A DNA stretch of 63,704 nucleotides, counting the filler, from Craspedostauros australis (lineage: Eukaryota): the NCBI GenBank assembly GCA_030167865.1. It is 13 parts of 13 records of this genome, joined end to end, with 100 filler letters (N's around TTAATTAATTAA, not from the genome) between each part and the next. Parts side by side here need not be neighbours in the genome. Positions count along the whole stretch, not along the records: positions 60,568 to 63,704 come from JALAGF010004690.1; 12 more parts are not named here. One strand, 5' to 3'. A program made the position numbers and the translations under genes. Each line of letters starts with the position of its first letter. Positions within the stretch are counted from its first letter, which is position 1. Shown here in pieces: positions 60,568-63,704 of this stretch. The notes below the pieces were generated by a model. That model did not search any database. It was not told where the DNA came from and saw only the letters and a list, made by a program, of their open reading frames with translations.

Positions 60568-63500
60568 GCGACAGAGATGTCGAACCGCCCGAGGGAGATA
60601 CACCACTGGAGTGCACCGATGAGGGACATGAACTTGCGTTTGTCGGTTTCGCAGAGTTCGGAAGAGATGTCCAGTTCAGGACTGTCGGCCTTGTCGAGGG
60701 GACAGCTGGCCTTGCGAGGGAGCTCACCGAACATGCGCTCGTAGTTCTCCAACATCCGTTTGATGTAGGACTGTGGAGAGAGCTTGAGGGTACCGTCGGG
60801 GTCGCGACCAAAGTCAGCACCGAGGTGGTACTTGATGGGACCAACTCCCTTGAGCTGGTACCCATACTTGGAAGAGAGGGTGTCGAAGAAGGTCTTGGGA
60901 TCCGCCATGGTGGCGGTGAGGTCGTCGACGTAGACACAGACGTATTCCCAGTGGGACTGGGCGTCTCGCATCCAGACGTCAGGATCCGAGCGGCACTGGA
61001 GGAACCCCATGTCGCGAAGGGTGTCGGCGAGGGCCTCGTGGAACCGGGCACCCGATGTGCGCAGGCCGTAGAGTGCCTTGACTATCTGCATGGTATGACC
61101 AGCGAAGTCACCGAATTCGTCACCAGCGACGAAGCAGATGCGCTCTTGAGTGAAGGCCTCAAGATATGCATTGCCGATGTCTCTGACCCATGTTGGAATG
61201 CCGTTGAGTTCCCCGGCGAGGAGGGAGAGTCGGAGGGAGCGAAGGCTGACCACACCTGCGTAGGACGCATCCTTGCAGGGTTCAGTGAGGTGGCCGCCAG
61301 CGACGCAACGCGCCTTGTGACGGAGGTCATGCTTCACAGCGTAGACCCACTGAAGGCGGATCTTCTGGAAGCCGGAGGGTACCGGGGCACCCTTCCCAAG
61401 GGTCTTGAAGGTACGGTACCCGAAGAGTTGGTCCATCTCCTTCTTCTCGGCGTCGGCCCAGAGAGTGTTGCCATTCTTGTCATCGAGTCTCATCGCCTCC
61501 TTGTGGTTGCGAGGGACTTGGACACCGAACTGGAAGGTTGGGGCATGGGAAAAGGTCTTGGACTTGTGGATCTGGCGCTCAAGACGGTGGGTACGGATGC
61601 CGAGGCGCTTGAGGCGCTTCCAACCAGGCTCGTCGAGCAGTTCATGGCGGCGGCCATAGGCAGCGCATGAGACAGGGTCATCTTGAATCATGATGGAGAG
61701 GGGTTCGGTGGAGGTGGAGCCGTCTCCCCATTTCACAATGACGTTGAATCTGGATCCCTTGTAGGTGGGGGAGGAAGATGTGAGGGGTCCTTCATGTCCA
61801 ACAATGGAGTCGAACTCCCACTTGGCGTCGGGATCGTCGCTGTGCTCTCGCTGACGTTCGATGATGTCAGCGAGCTCGACATAGGAGATCAGGTCGTGTG
61901 TCTCCCCATCTGCCAATGAGAGAAGCATCTTGATGCGTTGGTGGTTGGCGGCGTCAAGGTCATTGACCTTCTGCACCACCTCAGCTCGGACCTGTTGACC
62001 ATCCTTCTCGTGGATGAAAGTCATCCCAACAAGATCCTCAGGAGAGAACCTTGGGATGTGGACCTTTGCATTCCCCACTGTTTCGGGGTCTGTGCCACGG
62101 CGGTCAGCCAGGATGGAGTCAGAGAGACAGTGGACGATGGGATCGAGGTCTGGAGGGACGGAGATGTCGTCGTCAGGCTCCCCAGACGCCGTATCCATGG
62201 CATCAGATCCATCATCCTCCCCAACAATGGGGAAGGGAAAGTCCGCACGAAGGTTGCGGGTGGAAGAGTCGTCAGCCGGCCGTATGGCGGAGCGAGGAAG
62301 GAGCCGCTGGGTCTCATCATCGAGTACCCAGAAGGTGAGGTCGTCCCCCTTGTGGAGACAGGGACCGGCCCAGCGTCCACGGCGTTCCTTGGACTGGCTG
62401 GGGAAGGAAGGGTTGTCAACCCGGTAGTAGACTGGTTGCCACCATCGGTAGGAGAGGAACTTGGAGATGTCCGGTCGTTGGCCGAAGGCGGCTTGAAGGG
62501 GGGTGATGGAACCAACGGTGACCTGCGCGATGTGATTGAAGAGGTCAATCACATAGAGCGTGCAGATCAGCCAGAATCGGCCGGGGGTCCCCGTGCGATC
62601 CATTACACCATTGGTGGTGCGCTTGATATCTTGGATCCGGCGTTCCGCGCCGTTCTGGTGCTGGTGCTCCGGCTCACTCTGGTGATCCCGGATGTGGTAT
62701 TGCCGAAGGATCTCCATGACCTTGTTGCCGATCTGAGCCTTGGCGTTGTCGGACATCAGAAGGTCGGGAGCCCCGTGTCGTCGGATGAAGTCGCGAAGGG
62801 TATCGGAGATGCGGTTCTCAGATGGCATGGGGAAGCCGGCCGTGAACCGAGAGTCGAGGGCGACGTACACCTGAAGCATGGTGCACCCGCCATGACCCGG
62901 AACTCCATCATCGTGAGCGGGGGTATCCGAGAAGAGCGTATCCATTGCCACCGTCTCATGGAGGCGGTCGACGTTGGCTGCAGGGAACCGAGACTTGAAA
63001 TGCTTGCGCATGGAGAAGCGCTCGGCGGTACGGTACCACTGGGAGGTGCACCGAAGGGTGTCGCGAACGCGACGAGCCGGAATCCAGCCGAAGTGAGGGC
63101 GGAGTGCCTCGTAGTCAGCAGGCCTGCGTGTAGCAATGACACTGCCCGGATTGTCTGCGATGTCGGCCTGGCGGGCATCAGCTTGTGTTGTGAGAACGGC
63201 GTTGTTGTTCTCGCGACGCTGAAGTGCTGCGGCGTCATCATCGGCGACGTCGTCGAGGGTCATCTCGCAGTCGAGGGAGGAAGGGTCCCACTCGTCGTCG
63301 GCGGTGAAGTCGACATGCGGGTACTTGTCGAGTTCCGCGCGAGTGGGCTTGGCCATATCCATGTAGGACAGGCCCTGGCGAACGGCCAACGGGATGACGT
63401 GGCCACTGGGAGTGATGATGGTTTGGCGACCACCTGGAAGGTGGCGAGGGCGCTCGTTGACGTCCATCCCAAAGGCACCAAGCTGGTTGGTGGAGTGGAT

Positions 63501-63704
63501 GGTCTTGCCCTTTCCGTAGAGCGCATATTGATGGAATTTTCCAATGATGGGTCCGTCAGTAGTCTGGATGAGTCCAGCGACAGTGCCGATGTCGAGGTTG
63601 GCGATGGCGGAATCACCGATGCCGCTGACGTCGGCCGTGTGTCCTGTCTTGCAGAGAACGAGGACATCATCGCCAGCCAGGCCACCATTGGCACCGCTGT
63701 CGAC
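60568..63704 (-). mobile_element. Ty1/copia (CoDi-I-like) pol: protease, integrase, chromo-like domain, RT
   Basis: The frame is open from the window end, starting with the protease motif VDSGANGG. Integrase motifs VAMDT, LMSDNA and HQNGAERRI; RT motifs HKARCVAGGH, KALYGLRTSG and VYVDD. Confidence 0.95.

Noticed and set aside
60825..61670. 281-aa plus-strand ORF inside the copia RT
   Set aside because: It is an antisense shadow of the GC-rich pol frame.

Overview
This is eukaryotic DNA, almost certainly from a diatom: it contains a silicon transporter (SIT), a diatom-type cyclin, CoDi-like Ty1/copia elements and GT-AG introns. The window is 13 contigs joined by an artificial 100-nt spacer (44 N + TTAATTAATTAA + 44 N), so adjacency across spacers is not evidence of biological linkage. 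Host genes are a secreted M11/gametolysin-like protein with at least 5 tandem C-terminal domains, a duplicated 4-TM protein, three GT61-like glycosyltransferases, an 11-exon transmembrane LRR protein, a cyclin, a PAF-acetylhydrolase-like hydrolase, a mitochondrion-targeted phosphoglycerate mutase, a SAM methyltransferase, the 5' part of a SIT, a Cys-rich/PTSA-repeat secreted protein and several hypothetical proteins. Mobile DNA comprises five copia pol fragments from several lineages, a PIF/Harbinger transposase and a degraded TE-like ORF. The most notable observations are: (i) the M11 protein lacks its catalytic Glu, and its near-identical repeat domains differ almost only by clustered amino-acid changes, suggesting a diversified binding protein; (ii) the LRR gene encodes one repeat per symmetric phase-1 exon; (iii) the copia lineages carry different accessory modules between integrase and RT (an unrecognised conserved ~330-aa domain, a PDZ-like domain, a chromo-like domain). 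All gene models were derived by eye and no searches were run.
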